Shown: positions 9,536-19,879 of the stretch, one piece after another | Numbering within the stretch: the stretch's first letter is position 1 | Layout of the letters: the number at the start of each line of letters is the position of its first letter | Origin: an uncultured Rhodopseudomonas sp. | GTDB lineage: Bacteria > Pseudomonadota > Alphaproteobacteria > Rhizobiales > Xanthobacteraceae | DNA: 64,000 bases | Assembly (NCBI GenBank): GCA_964249215.1 | Contig: CAXUBE010000001.1 | Coordinates: 5,292-69,291, forward strand | Direction of reading: 5' to 3' | Position numbers and translations under genes: made by a program | The notes under the pieces: model-generated | Told to the model about the DNA's origin: nothing | The model's input: only the letters and a program-made list of their open reading frames with translations | Database searches by the model: none

Positions 9536-11665
9536 ATGTCGGATGGCAAGGATGGGGTGCGTAAAATTCTTCATCAGGCGAAGACCGAGGGCCGTACCAG
9601 CCTTACCGCGCCCGAAGGCAAGTTGGTCTGCGACGCCTACGCCATCCCGGTGCCCAAGGAAGCCGTGGCCCATTCCGCCGCGGCGGCCGCGACCATCGCC
9701 AGCGGCATGGGGTTTCCGGTGGTGATGAAGATCGTCTCGCCGGACATCCTGCACAAGACGGAGGCCGGCGGCGTGATGGTCGGTATCGAGACCGCCGAGG
9801 ACGCCGAGAAAAACTACGCGACGATTCTGGAGAACGTCAGGACATACAAAGCGGACGCGAGGATCGAGGGCGTGCAGGTGCAGCAGATGCTGCCGGGCGG
9901 CCAGGAAGTGATCGTTGGCGCGGTGACCGACGGCTCGTTCGGCAAGCTGGTGGCGTTCGGACTAGGCGGCGTGCTGGTCGAGGTGCTCAAGGACATCACC
10001 TTCCGCATGGCGCCGGCCACGAAGCAGGACGCGCTGTCGATGCTCGACGGCATCCAGGCGCATGACATGCTCAAGGGCGTGCGCGGCGGCGATCCCGCCG
10101 ACCGCGATGCGATCGCCGACATCATCGTCAACGTCTCCCGGCTGATCACCGACTTCCCCGAAATTTCGGAAATGGATCTCAACCCGGTGTTCGTCACCAA
10201 GGCCGGCGCGAGCGCCGCCGACGTGCGCATCGTGGTCGACTTTTCGCCGAAGCCGCCGCGGCCGCGCCCGGACCATGACGACATCGTCCGCCAGATGAAC
10301 CGCATGATGAAGCCGACAGCGGTCGCCGTGATCGGCGCCTCGGCGGAAGCCGGCAAGATCGGCAATTCGGTGATGAAGAACCTGATCAATGGCGGCTATC
10401 AGGGCGCGATCTATCCGATCCATCCCAAGGCCGAAGAGATTCTCGGCAAGAAGGTCTATAAATCGGTCAAGGATATTCCGGGCGACGTCGACATCGCGGT
10501 ATTCGCAATTCCGGCGAGCCTCGTTGCGGGCGCGCTCACCGAATGCGGCGAGAAGAAAGTGGTCGGCGCGATCCTGATCCCGTCCGGCTACGCCGAAACC
10601 GGCAACATCAAGGGGCAGGAGGAGATCCAGGCGATCGGCCGGAAATACGGCATTCGCCTGATGGGCCCCAACATCTACGGCTTCTACTACACCCACGCCA
10701 ATCTGTGCGCGACGTTCTGCACCGCCTACGACGTCAAGGGCAAGGCGGCGCTATCGTCGCAATCCGGCGGCATCGGCATGGCGATCATCGGCTTCTCGCG
10801 CTCGGCGAAGATGGGCGTGTCCGCGATCGTCGGGCTCGGCAACAAGTCCGATATCGACGAGGACGATCTCTTGGCCTTCTTCGAGCAGGACGACAACACC
10901 GAGATCATCGCGCAGCATTGCGAAGACCTGAAAGACGGCCGCGCCTTCGCCGAAGTGGCGAAGCGCGTCTCGAAGAAGAAGCCGATCGTGGTGCTGAAGG
11001 CCGGCCGCACCTCGGCCGGCGCCAGGGCGGCGGCGTCGCACCCCGGCGCGCTCGCCGGCAACGACAAGATCTACGAGGACGTGTTCAACCAGTCCGGCGT
11101 GATCCGCGCCCGCTCGCTGCGGGACATGCTGGAATTCGCGCGCGGCATTCCGGTGCTGCCGACGCCGAAGGGCGAAAACGTGGTGATCATCACCGGCGCC
11201 GGCGGCTCCGGCGTGCTGCTGTCGGACGCCTGCATCGACAACAAGCTGTCCTTGATGACGATCCCGCCCGATCTCGACGCGGCGTTCCGCAAATTCATCC
11301 CGCCGTTCGGCGCCGCCGGCAACCCGGTCGACATCACCGGCGGCGAACCGCCGGTCACTTACGTCAACACCGTGAAGCTCGGACTCGAAGACCCGCGCAT
11401 CCACGCGCTGATCCTCGGCTATTGGCACACCATCGTCACCCCGCCGATGGTGTTCGCGCGCAACATGGTCGAGATCACGAACGCGATGAAGGCCAAGGGC
11501 ATCGAGAAGCCGATCGTGGCCTCGCTCGCCGGCGACGTCGAGGTCGAGGACGCCGCCGACTATCTCTACCAGAACGGCATCGTCGCCTACGCGTATTCGA
11601 CCGAGATGCCGGTGCAGGTGCTCGGCGCCAAGTACAAATGGGCCCGCGGCGCGGGGTTGCTGTAA
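9536..11665 (+). CDS. ADP-forming acyl-CoA synthetase (fused ATP-grasp beta-like domain followed by CoA-binding/ligase alpha-like domains)
   Basis: Start at ATG 9536 (MSDGKDG). The track ORF from 8438 is an antisense extension over the GntR gene. The N-terminal half is ATP-grasp (GFPVVMKIVSPDILHKTEAGGVMVGI). The C-terminal half is CoA-binding plus succinyl-CoA-ligase-like (PTAVAVIGASAEAGKIGNSVMKNL, IPSGYAETG, AASHPGALAG). Confidence 0.85.
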   Translation: MSDGKDGVRKILHQAKTEGRTSLTAPEGKLVCDAYAIPVPKEAVAHSAAAAATIASGMGFPVVMKIVSPDILHKTEAGGVMVGIETAEDAEKNYATILENVRTYKADARIEGVQVQQMLPGGQEVIVGAVTDGSFGKLVAFGLGGVLVEVLKDITFRMAPATKQDALSMLDGIQAHDMLKGVRGGDPADRDAIADIIVNVSRLITDFPEISEMDLNPVFVTKAGASAADVRIVVDFSPKPPRPRPDHDDIVRQMNRMMKPTAVAVIGASAEAGKIGNSVMKNLINGGYQGAIYPIHPKAEEILGKKVYKSVKDIPGDVDIAVFAIPASLVAGALTECGEKKVVGAILIPSGYAETGNIKGQEEIQAIGRKYGIRLMGPNIYGFYYTHANLCATFCTAYDVKGKAALSSQSGGIGMAIIGFSRSAKMGVSAIVGLGNKSDIDEDDLLAFFEQDDNTEIIAQHCEDLKDGRAFAEVAKRVSKKKPIVVLKAGRTSAGARAAASHPGALAGNDKIYEDVFNQSGVIRARSLRDMLEFARGIPVLPTPKGENVVIITGAGGSGVLLSDACIDNKLSLMTIPPDLDAAFRKFIPPFGAAGNPVDITGGEPPVTYVNTVKLGLEDPRIHALILGYWHTIVTPPMVFARNMVEITNAMKAKGIEKPIVASLAGDVEVEDAADYLYQNGIVAYAYSTEMPVQVLGAKYKWARGAGLL

Positions 11666-11701
11666 GGCGGCCTGCGCGTCGTTGCGCTTCGGCAAGGCCT
11701 G

Positions 11702-11724
11702 GCGGGCATGCGGCCCGCGCTTTT
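11702..11724 (+). terminator. Weak candidate intrinsic terminator after the acyl-CoA synthetase gene
   Basis: GCGGGC-ATGCG-GCCCGC hairpin (11702-11718) followed by GCTTTTG. The stem is short and the T-run only 4 nt, so support is low. Confidence 0.3.
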
Positions 11725-11776
11725 GCCGGAGCAAGATCTGGTCGGAAGGCCGGTGCTCGCTTTTCCGGGTCGTGCG

Positions 11777-12391
11777 TTAATCGCCTTTCGCGCGATACAG
11801 CAATACTTCGTTTGCGTGGATGATCGCGGCCGCCATGTCGTCCATCGACAGTCGCTTCGACATCGCCTGATGACGGATGCTTTCATAGGCGTCCGCTTCG
11901 TTCAAACCCTGACCGTCCATCAGGATCACCTTCGCCTTCTGGATCTTCTGAATTCCCGCGAGCTTGCGTTCCAGTTTGCGCACGCGTTTGTCGGCATCCC
12001 TTCGCTCCAGCCAAAGGCTGCGCGCGATGGCCAGATTCGTGAGCAGTCCGAAGGGACGGATGGGCCGTTCGATCACGGCCACGGCGCCCGCTTCGAGCAC
12101 GAGTTGAAGCGTCGAGGGGTCTTCGTAGCTGACCACCGCGATCAATGTCGGCCTGTGGCCCGCGTCCGACTTCAGCAATTGCTGGATTTGCACGCGCGCG
12201 TCATGTTCAATCGCCAGCAGCACGATGTCGGCATCCTCGGCCCAACTATTCGGAACCGGCCACTGGATTTCGACCGTGCATCCGATGCGGCGAAGATGCT
12301 CCACGAGCTTCGTGCGTTCGGTGTCCGGCGGGTGCACGACATGGACCCGCAAACCCCGCAAATCACGAAGAATTTGGATAGCCACTTCCAT
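11777..12391 (-). CDS. amiR: AmiR-type response-regulator-like ANTAR antiterminator (aliphatic amidase regulator)
   Basis: 204 aa from ATG 12389-12391 (MEVAIQILRDL). Pseudo-receiver N-domain and a C-terminal ANTAR segment (ILMDGQGLNEADAYESIRHQAMSKRLSMDDMAAAIIHANEVL). Lies immediately downstream of amiC as in Pseudomonas aeruginosa. The 379-aa track ORF is an out-of-gene extension. Confidence 0.88.
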   Translation of the reverse strand: MEVAIQILRDLRGLRVHVVHPPDTERTKLVEHLRRIGCTVEIQWPVPNSWAEDADIVLLAIEHDARVQIQQLLKSDAGHRPTLIAVVSYEDPSTLQLVLEAGAVAVIERPIRPFGLLTNLAIARSLWLERRDADKRVRKLERKLAGIQKIQKAKVILMDGQGLNEADAYESIRHQAMSKRLSMDDMAAAIIHANEVLLYRAKGD

Positions 12392-12410
12392 TTTCTCCGT
12401 TACGGAACGC

Positions 12411-13577
12411 CTATGAGTGGAGCAACGGCAGTTCGTCCAGCGACCAATCGTCCAGACTCTGGACGACACAATAGGGGTCCGGCTTGACGCGCGCGCCGGG
12501 ATTCCAGACCCCCTGAAATCGCCCGTTGTGGTCGAGACGCGCGATACGCGGCCAAAGGTAAGTGTGGTTGTTGTCCGGGTCGATCCGCACCCGTCCCTGC
12601 GGGGCGTCGAATTCGGAATCGCGCAAGTTCGAAAGCACCTGCTCGGGATCGTCGGAGCCGCATTTCGCGACCGCCCGCATCGCCATGTAAAGCTGGAAGT
12701 AGGAGGCTTCGGCGCCCGCCGGAACCGGCGCGTCGGCGCCGTATCGTTGCTTGAAACTGCTGACGAAGCGGCGGGCGGTGGGCGACGAAAGAGTCTCGAA
12801 AAACGGCGCGGCGGTGATGTGGCCTTCCGCCGCTTCCGCCCCCATTTCGGCGACTTCGGCTTCACTGGTCGTGAGGCTCGCGATCGGCATCCGCGTGGGG
12901 TCGAAGCCCGCTGCACGATAGGCGCCGTAGAGTTCCGCCGTGCCGCTTCCCACCACCGTCGAGAAGATCACGTCGGGCGACGTCTTCCTGATCCTGCCGA
13001 TGACCCGCTCGAAGTCTTCCCGCGTCGGATAAAGCGGTACGTAGATTTCGTCGAGAACGGTGCCCTTGCCCTGGCCGACGAAGTCACGCATGACGCGGTT
13101 CGATTCATACGGATAGATGTAGTTCGATCCTACGAAAAGAAAGCGGTTGCCGTAGTTCGACAGCAGGAACCTCGCGAGTTGCAATGAATTCTGGTTGGGG
13201 GCCGCGCCGGTGTAGACACAGTGGCGGGAATATTCGAATCCCTCGTAGAGCGTCGGATAGAACAGCAGGCCTTGGTGCTCCTCGACCACCGGCAGCACGG
13301 CCTTGCGCGTGCTCGACATGTAACAGGCGAACAGAAGTTTGATCCGGTCGGCCCGAAACAGCCGCTCCGCGAACAGCCGGAACATCTTGGGGTCCGATGC
13401 CGGATCGTACATGACGGGTTCGATCGGCCGGCAGAGGACGCCGCCGGCTGCATTGATTTCCTCGATCGCCAGCAACGTGGCATTGAGCTGGGTACGCTCG
13501 ATCACAGACGTCACGCCCGTCTGCGAAAACAGCACGCCGACGCGCCAAGGGCCCGAATTATCTTCTACCGACGTCAT
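12411..13577 (-). CDS. amiC: AmiC amide-sensor / negative regulator (periplasmic-binding-protein fold, cytoplasmic)
   Basis: Strong colinear resemblance to remembered P. aeruginosa AmiC (LFSQTGVTSVIERTQ, CYMSSTRKAVLPVVE, YPTLYEGFEYS, GSNYIYPYESNRVMR, ASLTTSEAEVAEM, PDPYCVVQSLDDWS). No signal peptide. Start set at ATG 13575-13577; the alternative is 13592. Confidence 0.9.
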   Translation of the reverse strand: MTSVEDNSGPWRVGVLFSQTGVTSVIERTQLNATLLAIEEINAAGGVLCRPIEPVMYDPASDPKMFRLFAERLFRADRIKLLFACYMSSTRKAVLPVVEEHQGLLFYPTLYEGFEYSRHCVYTGAAPNQNSLQLARFLLSNYGNRFLFVGSNYIYPYESNRVMRDFVGQGKGTVLDEIYVPLYPTREDFERVIGRIRKTSPDVIFSTVVGSGTAELYGAYRAAGFDPTRMPIASLTTSEAEVAEMGAEAAEGHITAAPFFETLSSPTARRFVSSFKQRYGADAPVPAGAEASYFQLYMAMRAVAKCGSDDPEQVLSNLRDSEFDAPQGRVRIDPDNNHTYLWPRIARLDHNGRFQGVWNPGARVKPDPYCVVQSLDDWSLDELPLLHS

Positions 13578-13635
13578 AATCAGCCATATCACTCCGCATC
13601 ATGGGCGACGGTCTTCAAACCCGCTGGTCGGACCT

Positions 13636-13746
13636 TATTACCGAATCGACGAGAGGGGAAACATGAAGCGACTGTCGATGCGCGACATGACGGCCGCGGT
13701 CATCCACGCAAATGGACTATTGCTAGGCAGCGCAAAAAGTGATTAA
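13636..13746 (+). pseudogene. Relic of the C-terminal helix of an ANTAR (AmiR-like) gene, retained as a 27-codon mini-ORF
   Basis: The translation YYRIDERGNMKRLSMRDMTAAVIHANGLLLGSAKSD* aligns with the AmiR tail YESIRHQAMSKRLSMDDMAAAIIHANEVLLYRAKGD*, about 18 of the last 26 residues identical by my count. ATG at 13663 is preceded by GAGAGGGGA. Confidence 0.5.
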
Positions 13747-13825
13747 GTTTTAGCGTGTCACGGGAGAGAATTCTTCTCTGACATTTGCCGAACCATCAAT
13801 GTTGCTGGTTGGGCGCTGGCTGAGT

Positions 13826-13868
13826 AGCCCGAAGGATCCGCGAGGATCCGTCGGGCTTTTTTGTTTTT
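13826..13868 (+). terminator. Leader intrinsic terminator upstream of the amide ABC-transporter/amiE operon (candidate AmiR antitermination target)
   Basis: AGCCCGAAGGATCC-GCGA-GGATCCGTCGGGCT forms a 14-bp stem with one A/G mismatch. It is followed by TTTTTTGTTTTT. It lies about 130 nt before the first ABC gene and between the divergent amiC and SBP genes. Confidence 0.75.
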
Positions 13869-13998
13869 CCGGTCGTGACTCGCCGTCGGCGCCCTTTGCG
13901 TTCACGGGGCATCGATCTGACGTGGGAATCTTCTGAATCGAAACAGCGCGCTTCGGCGCGAACGGCTTGCCGTGTCTGGACAATGGGGAGTTAGAGTT

Positions 13999-15255
13999 AT
14001 GGCGATCGATAGACGCAAGTTTCTCGGGAATGGACTGCTCGCGACGAGCACGGTGATCACCTCGCCGTGGGTATTCAGAACGGGTGCGCTCGCTGCCGGC
14101 GAGGTCAAAGTGGGCGTGCTGTTCTCGCTGACCGGAGGCCTCTCGATCATCGAGAAGTCGCTCCATGACGCCACGATGATGGCAATCAGCGAAATCAACG
14201 CCGCGGGAGGCGTCAAGGGCATGCAGATCATGGCGATCGCCGAGGACGGCGCGTCCGATCCGAAGACGTACAATGAAAAGGCGTCCAAGCTTGTCATTCA
14301 GGACAAGGTCCCGACGGTGTTCGGCTCTTATACCTCCGCCAGCCGCAAGGCGGTGCTGCCGGTATTCGAGAAGCGGAACAACCTCTATTTCTACCCGACC
14401 TATTACGAAGGCTTCGAATGCTCGAAGAACGTCGTCTATACCGGCGCCGTCCCCAACCAGCAGCTCTCGAACTTCATTCCGTGGATCATCAAGACGCTCG
14501 GCAAGAAGAAGTTCTTCATCGTCGGATCAAACTACATCTATCCGCGCGAAATGGCGAAGGTCTCGAAAATATTGATCGAGAAAAACGGCGGCGAGTGGAT
14601 CGCCGACGAATATCTCGAGCTCGGGCATTCCGAATGGGGCTCGATGGTCAACAAGATCAAGAGCTCCGGCTGCGACGTCGTGTTATCCAACGTGGTCGGC
14701 GATTCCGTCGTCGCGTTCTATCGCGAATACAAGAATCAGGGTCTGACGCACGACAAGTTGCCGATCTGCGCGACGGTGACGTCCGAAATCGAAATCGCGG
14801 CAATGGGCCCGGAATACGCGGTGGGCAGCTACACCTCGTTCCCGTATTTTCAGGCGATCGACACCGACATCAACAAGGCGTTCGTCGAGCGTTACCGGAA
14901 GTTCGTCAAGGACCCGAAGGCGGTCACGCATCACGCGCTCGAATCCTCGTACTTCCAGGTTTTCCTGTGGAAGCAGGCGGTCGAGAAGGCCGCCGAACTG
15001 ACGCCGACGGCGATCCGCGATGCGGTGGGCGGTCAAGAGTTCGATGCGCCGAACGGCCACGTGAAGGTCGACAAGGACAACTTGCACACTTATCTCACGC
15101 CGCGCATTGCTCAGTGGCAACCGGATGGCCAGGGCAAGATCATCGACGCTTACAAGGAGCCGACCATCCCGCTGCCGTACGTCGCCTACGGCGAAACCGA
15201 GAGCAATCTGTTCTGTACCGCCAAGGGTCTGGATTCGTCGAAGCTGAAGATCTGA
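13999..15255 (+). CDS. Urea/short-chain-amide ABC transporter substrate-binding protein (UrtA/FmdD-like) with Tat-type signal
   Basis: ATG 13999 is preceded by GGGGAG 8 nt upstream. Twin-arginine signal MAIDRRKFLGNGLL...ALAAGE. The mature part is AmiC/UrtA-fold (GVLFSLTGGLSIIEKS, SYTSASRKAVLPVFE, YPTYYEGFECS, GSNYIYPREMAK). Confidence 0.88.
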   Translation: MAIDRRKFLGNGLLATSTVITSPWVFRTGALAAGEVKVGVLFSLTGGLSIIEKSLHDATMMAISEINAAGGVKGMQIMAIAEDGASDPKTYNEKASKLVIQDKVPTVFGSYTSASRKAVLPVFEKRNNLYFYPTYYEGFECSKNVVYTGAVPNQQLSNFIPWIIKTLGKKKFFIVGSNYIYPREMAKVSKILIEKNGGEWIADEYLELGHSEWGSMVNKIKSSGCDVVLSNVVGDSVVAFYREYKNQGLTHDKLPICATVTSEIEIAAMGPEYAVGSYTSFPYFQAIDTDINKAFVERYRKFVKDPKAVTHHALESSYFQVFLWKQAVEKAAELTPTAIRDAVGGQEFDAPNGHVKVDKDNLHTYLTPRIAQWQPDGQGKIIDAYKEPTIPLPYVAYGETESNLFCTAKGLDSSKLKI

Positions 15256-15269
15256 CGCGCCAAGGATTT

Positions 15270-15293
15270 GCCCGCCGCACGCCGGCGGCGGGC
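15270..15293 (+). other. GC-rich intercistronic hairpin between the SBP and permease genes
   Basis: GCCCGCCGC-ACGCCG-GCGGCGGGC, a 9-bp stem with no T-run. Placement is typical of mRNA-stabilising elements after ABC binding-protein genes. Confidence 0.4.
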
Positions 15294-15323
15294 GAGGTGG
15301 AGCCTTCTCAAGGGAGCCTTCCG

Positions 15324-16217
15324 ATGCTTGAGATTCTCTTCATCGGCTTAAGCCTCGGTTCGATCCTGTTGCTGGTCGCGCTCGGCCTCGCGATCACCTA
15401 CGGCGCGATGGGCGTCATCAACATGGCGCACGGCGAAATGGTGATGGTCGGCGCCTACGTGACGGTGCTGTCCGGCATCTGGCTCGGCACCAACATCTTC
15501 GTGGCAATTCCGCTGGCGTTCATCGTCACCGCGGGGATCGGCCTGCTGATCGAGCGGGTCGTGGTGCGACGGCTCTATGGCCGCCTGCTCGACACGTTGC
15601 TCGCGACCTGGGGAATCGCGATCCTGATTCAACAGGCGGTGCGTCTCGAATTCGGCCTGTCGTTCGTCGGCATCCACATCCAAGGGCTGGGCCCCGGCCT
15701 GCAAAATGTGAGCGTCCCTGCTGCGTTGCAGGGCACTTTCATGCTCGGCAGCGTCGAGATCAACCGCTACCGCTCGTTCATCATCGTTGTGACCGCCATC
15801 GTCACCATCGCGACGTGGCTCATCATGTACCGGACGTCCATCGGCACGCAAGTGCGGTCGATCATCCGCAACCCGAAGATGGCGGCGGCCTGCGGCATCG
15901 ACGTCGACCGCATCAACGCCTGGACCTTCGCATTCGGCTCGGGCCTTGCAGGTATCGCCGGCGTGATGATGTCGGGATTCAAGACGGTGTTCCCCGACAT
16001 GGGTACGTCGATGGTCGTCGACGGGTTCATGGTCGTCGTCATGGGCGGCGTTGGCAGCCTGATGGGATCGGTCTTCTCGGCCGGGATTCTCGGCGAGATC
16101 AACGGCATCGTCGCAGCCGGCACCAACGACATCGTCGCACGCGCCATCGTGTTCGCCGTCGTGATCTCGATCATCATCTTCAAGCCCAAGGGACTGTTCT
16201 CCCTGAAAGGGCGCTGA
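15324..16217 (+). CDS. ABC transporter permease, UrtB-like (HAAT family)
   Basis: MLEILFIGLSLGSILLLVALGLAITYGAMGVINMAHGEMVMVGAY is a typical LivH/UrtB N-terminus. ATG at 15324. The upstream part of the 599-aa track ORF is a non-coding extension. Confidence 0.88.
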   Translation: MLEILFIGLSLGSILLLVALGLAITYGAMGVINMAHGEMVMVGAYVTVLSGIWLGTNIFVAIPLAFIVTAGIGLLIERVVVRRLYGRLLDTLLATWGIAILIQQAVRLEFGLSFVGIHIQGLGPGLQNVSVPAALQGTFMLGSVEINRYRSFIIVVTAIVTIATWLIMYRTSIGTQVRSIIRNPKMAAACGIDVDRINAWTFAFGSGLAGIAGVMMSGFKTVFPDMGTSMVVDGFMVVVMGGVGSLMGSVFSAGILGEINGIVAAGTNDIVARAIVFAVVISIIIFKPKGLFSLKGR

Positions 16218-16220
16218 AGG

Positions 16221-17356
16221 ATGATGTCCAAGGCTCGCATCGAAGCCTTTTTTTATGCGGCATTCGTCGCAGCGATCCTGTGCGCGCCGCTTCTGCTCGA
16301 TCCGTTCTGGCTCAACCGTATCGCCAAATATCTGGTGTACGGAATGCTCGGCGTCGCGGTCGCCATGTCGTGGGGATATGCCGGCATTCTCAATCTCGGT
16401 CAGGGTCTGTTCTTCGGCACGGGCGCATACATGCTGGCGATGTCGCTGAAGCTCGCCAGCCCGACGAGCCTGCAACAGGGGTCCGACAGGCCGGTACCCG
16501 ATTTCATGCTCTGGAATGCCGAGCCCGGCGCGCCGACCCAGCTTTGCTGCATCAACAAGGCTTCGTTTCTTTGGCTGCCGTTCCAGAGCCAATGGTTCGG
16601 CGTGCTGATGGGGGTGCTGCTACCGGTCGTAATCGCAAGCGTCATCGGCACCATCGTGTTTCGCAAGCGCATTGCGGGTGTATTCGTCTCGATCATCACC
16701 CTGGCGCTGGTGTTGCTGGTCCGGCTTCTCGTTATCGACGCGCAGCCCATTACCAATGGCTTCAATGGCCTGACCGACCTCGGCTGGTTCAAGGTCGGCG
16801 GATTCGAGTTCGATCCTTACATCGTGCCGACATATTATCTGATCGCCTTCGCATTGGCCGCGGTCGTGATCGGCGCGCGCCTGCTCGTCACGACGCGCGC
16901 CGGCCTGATCCTCCAGGCCATACGCGACGATCAAAACCGAGCGCGCTATCTCGGCTTCGATGTTCCGCGCTACCAGACGTTTTTCTTCGCGGTATCCGCC
17001 GGCATCGCCGGATTGTCCGGCATGTTCTACGTCGTGGTGTCGGAATTCGCCTCGCCGACGTTCATGGATCTGTCGTTCTCGATCACCATGGTGGTCTGGG
17101 CCGCGGTCGGCGGGCGCTCCTCGATTCTCGGCGCGTGCATCGGCGCCATTCTGATCAACATGATCACGGCCACGGTCAGCGAGACCCAGGGTTTCGCCGA
17201 AGCCTGGAAGGCGATCATCGGCCTGATTTTCGTACTCGTGGTCCTGTATCTGCCGCGTGGCCTTGCCGGCCTCGCGCACGACGCTATCGACCGCGTGCTG
17301 ATGAAGCTCAAGCCGGACCACGATCTGCGCGTCAGCGACGCATCACAGCCGGCGGA

Positions 17357-17360
<4 letters not shown>
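16221..17360 (+). CDS. ABC transporter permease, UrtC-like (HAAT family)
   Basis: 379-aa polytopic membrane protein with a LivM/UrtC-type core (GYAGILNLGQGLFFGTGAYMLAM). GAAGG SD lies before ATG 16221. Confidence 0.88.
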
Positions 17361-18111
<751 letters not shown>

Positions 18112-18112
<1 letters not shown>

Positions 18113-18807
18113 TGCTCACGCTTGCCAACGTCAACAGCTTCTATGATCGCAGCCACATCCTGCATGATGTTTCGCTGGATATTCCGCTCGGCGAAATAAC
18201 AGCGGTGCTGGGCCGAAATGGCACCGGCAAGACGACGCTGGTGAAGACGCTGATGGGACTGACCGATCGGATGAATGGAGATATTCGGCTCGGGGACGCC
18301 GATATCGGCAAGCAGCCGGCGTTCCGCCGCGCCCGCGCCGGTATCGCCTACGTTCCGCAGGGCCGCGAGATCATCCCGGACTTCACCGTCCGCGACAATA
18401 TCCTGATGGGAGCGTTCGCGCGTTCCGACGGCAGGCACGAGATCCCGGCCCTGGTGCCGGAGCTGTTTCCCTATCTGATGGCGAATCTCGATCGACTCGG
18501 CGGTGTCCTGTCGGGCGGTCAGCAGCAGCAGCTTGCGATCGCCCGCGCCTTGGCAGCAAATCCGAAAATCATTCTGCTCGACGAACCGAACGAGGGAATC
18601 CAGCCCTCGATCGTTGAGGAGATCGAGACCATCATCATCAGGCTCAACCGGGAAATCGGCCTGACTGTCGTTCTCATCGAACAAAACGTCGCATTCGCGC
18701 GCCACGCGTCCCAACACTTCGCGATGATGGAGAAAGGCCGCGTGGTGGCGCGCGGTCCGATCGATCAACTCTCCGACGAGATGGTTCACCGCCATATGGC
18801 GGTCTGA
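18112..18807 (+). CDS. ABC transporter ATP-binding protein, UrtE-like
   Basis: ATG 18112 overlaps the preceding TGA by 1 nt. Walker [27 protein letters not shown], signature [13 protein letters not shown], Walker B ILLDEP. Confidence 0.88.
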
Positions 18808-18841
18808 TCTCGCTCGTCGACAATCTGCCAAGGAGGCTACC

Positions 18842-19879
18842 ATGCATCACGGTGATATCTCTTCGAGCAACGACACGGTCGGCGTCGCCGTCGTCAACTA
18901 TAAAATGCCCCGCCTTCATACCAAGGCGGAAGTGTTGGCCAACGCCAGGAAGATTGCCGGCATGATCGTCGGAATGAAAAAAGGTCTTCCGGGGATGGAT
19001 CTGGTGATCTTCCCGGAATATTCGACCCACGGCATCATGTACGACTCGAAAGAGATGTACGAAACCGCCTCCGTGATTCCGGGCGACGAAACCGAAATTT
19101 TCGCGGAAGCCTGCCGCGAGGCCAAGGTCTGGGGTGTATTTTCGCTGACCGGGGAGCGTCACGAGGAGCATCCCAAGAAGGCGCCGTACAATACCCTTAT
19201 CCTGATGAACGATAAGGGCGAGGTGGTCCAAAAGTACCGCAAGATCATGCCGTGGGTGCCGATCGAAGGCTGGTATCCGGGCAACTGTACCTACGTGTCG
19301 GAGGGACCCAAAGGCCTCAAGGTTTCGCTGATCATCTGCGACGACGGCAACTATCCCGAGATATGGCGCGACTGCGCGATGAAAGGCGCGGAGCTGATCG
19401 TGCGCTGTCAGGGCTACATGTATCCGGCCAAGGATCAGCAGGTCGTCATGGCCAAGGCGATGGCCTGGGCCAACAACTGCTACGTCGCCGTCGCCAACGC
19501 GACCGGCTTCGACGGCGTCTATTCTTATTTTGGCCACTCGGCGATCATCGGCTTTGACGGGCGAACGCTCGGGGAGTGCGGCGAGGAAGATCACGGCATT
19601 CAATACGCCCAGCTTTCGAAGATGCTGATCCGCGATGCACGCCGGACCGGACAGTCCGAAAATCATCTCTTCAAGCTAGTGCACCGCGGCTATACCGGAA
19701 TGATCAACTCCGGCGAAGGCGACCGCGGCGTCGCGGCATGTCCCTTCGATTTTTATTCCAAGTGGATCGCGGACCCCGAAGGAACCCGCGACATGGTGGA
19801 AGCCTTTACGCGCACCACAGTGGGGACGGAGGAAGCACCGATCGAGGGAATTCCGAACAAGGTCGCGGCTCATCGCTAG
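18842..19879 (+). CDS. amiE: Aliphatic amidase (nitrilase superfamily)
   Basis: Nearly colinear with remembered P. aeruginosa AmiE ([78 protein letters not shown]). The Glu-Lys-Cys catalytic context is present. GGAGG SD upstream. Confidence 0.95.
   Translation: MHHGDISSSNDTVGVAVVNYKMPRLHTKAEVLANARKIAGMIVGMKKGLPGMDLVIFPEYSTHGIMYDSKEMYETASVIPGDETEIFAEACREAKVWGVFSLTGERHEEHPKKAPYNTLILMNDKGEVVQKYRKIMPWVPIEGWYPGNCTYVSEGPKGLKVSLIICDDGNYPEIWRDCAMKGAELIVRCQGYMYPAKDQQVVMAKAMAWANNCYVAVANATGFDGVYSYFGHSAIIGFDGRTLGECGEEDHGIQYAQLSKMLIRDARRTGQSENHLFKLVHRGYTGMINSGEGDRGVAACPFDFYSKWIADPEGTRDMVEAFTRTTVGTEEAPIEGIPNKVAAHR

Noticed and set aside
14418-17356. Long 5' extensions of the UrtB-like (from 14418) and UrtD-like (from 15815) track ORFs, plus antisense ORF 15348-16592
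   Set aside because: The extensions run through neighbouring well-supported genes in other frames. Family similarity begins at 15324 and 17357 respectively.
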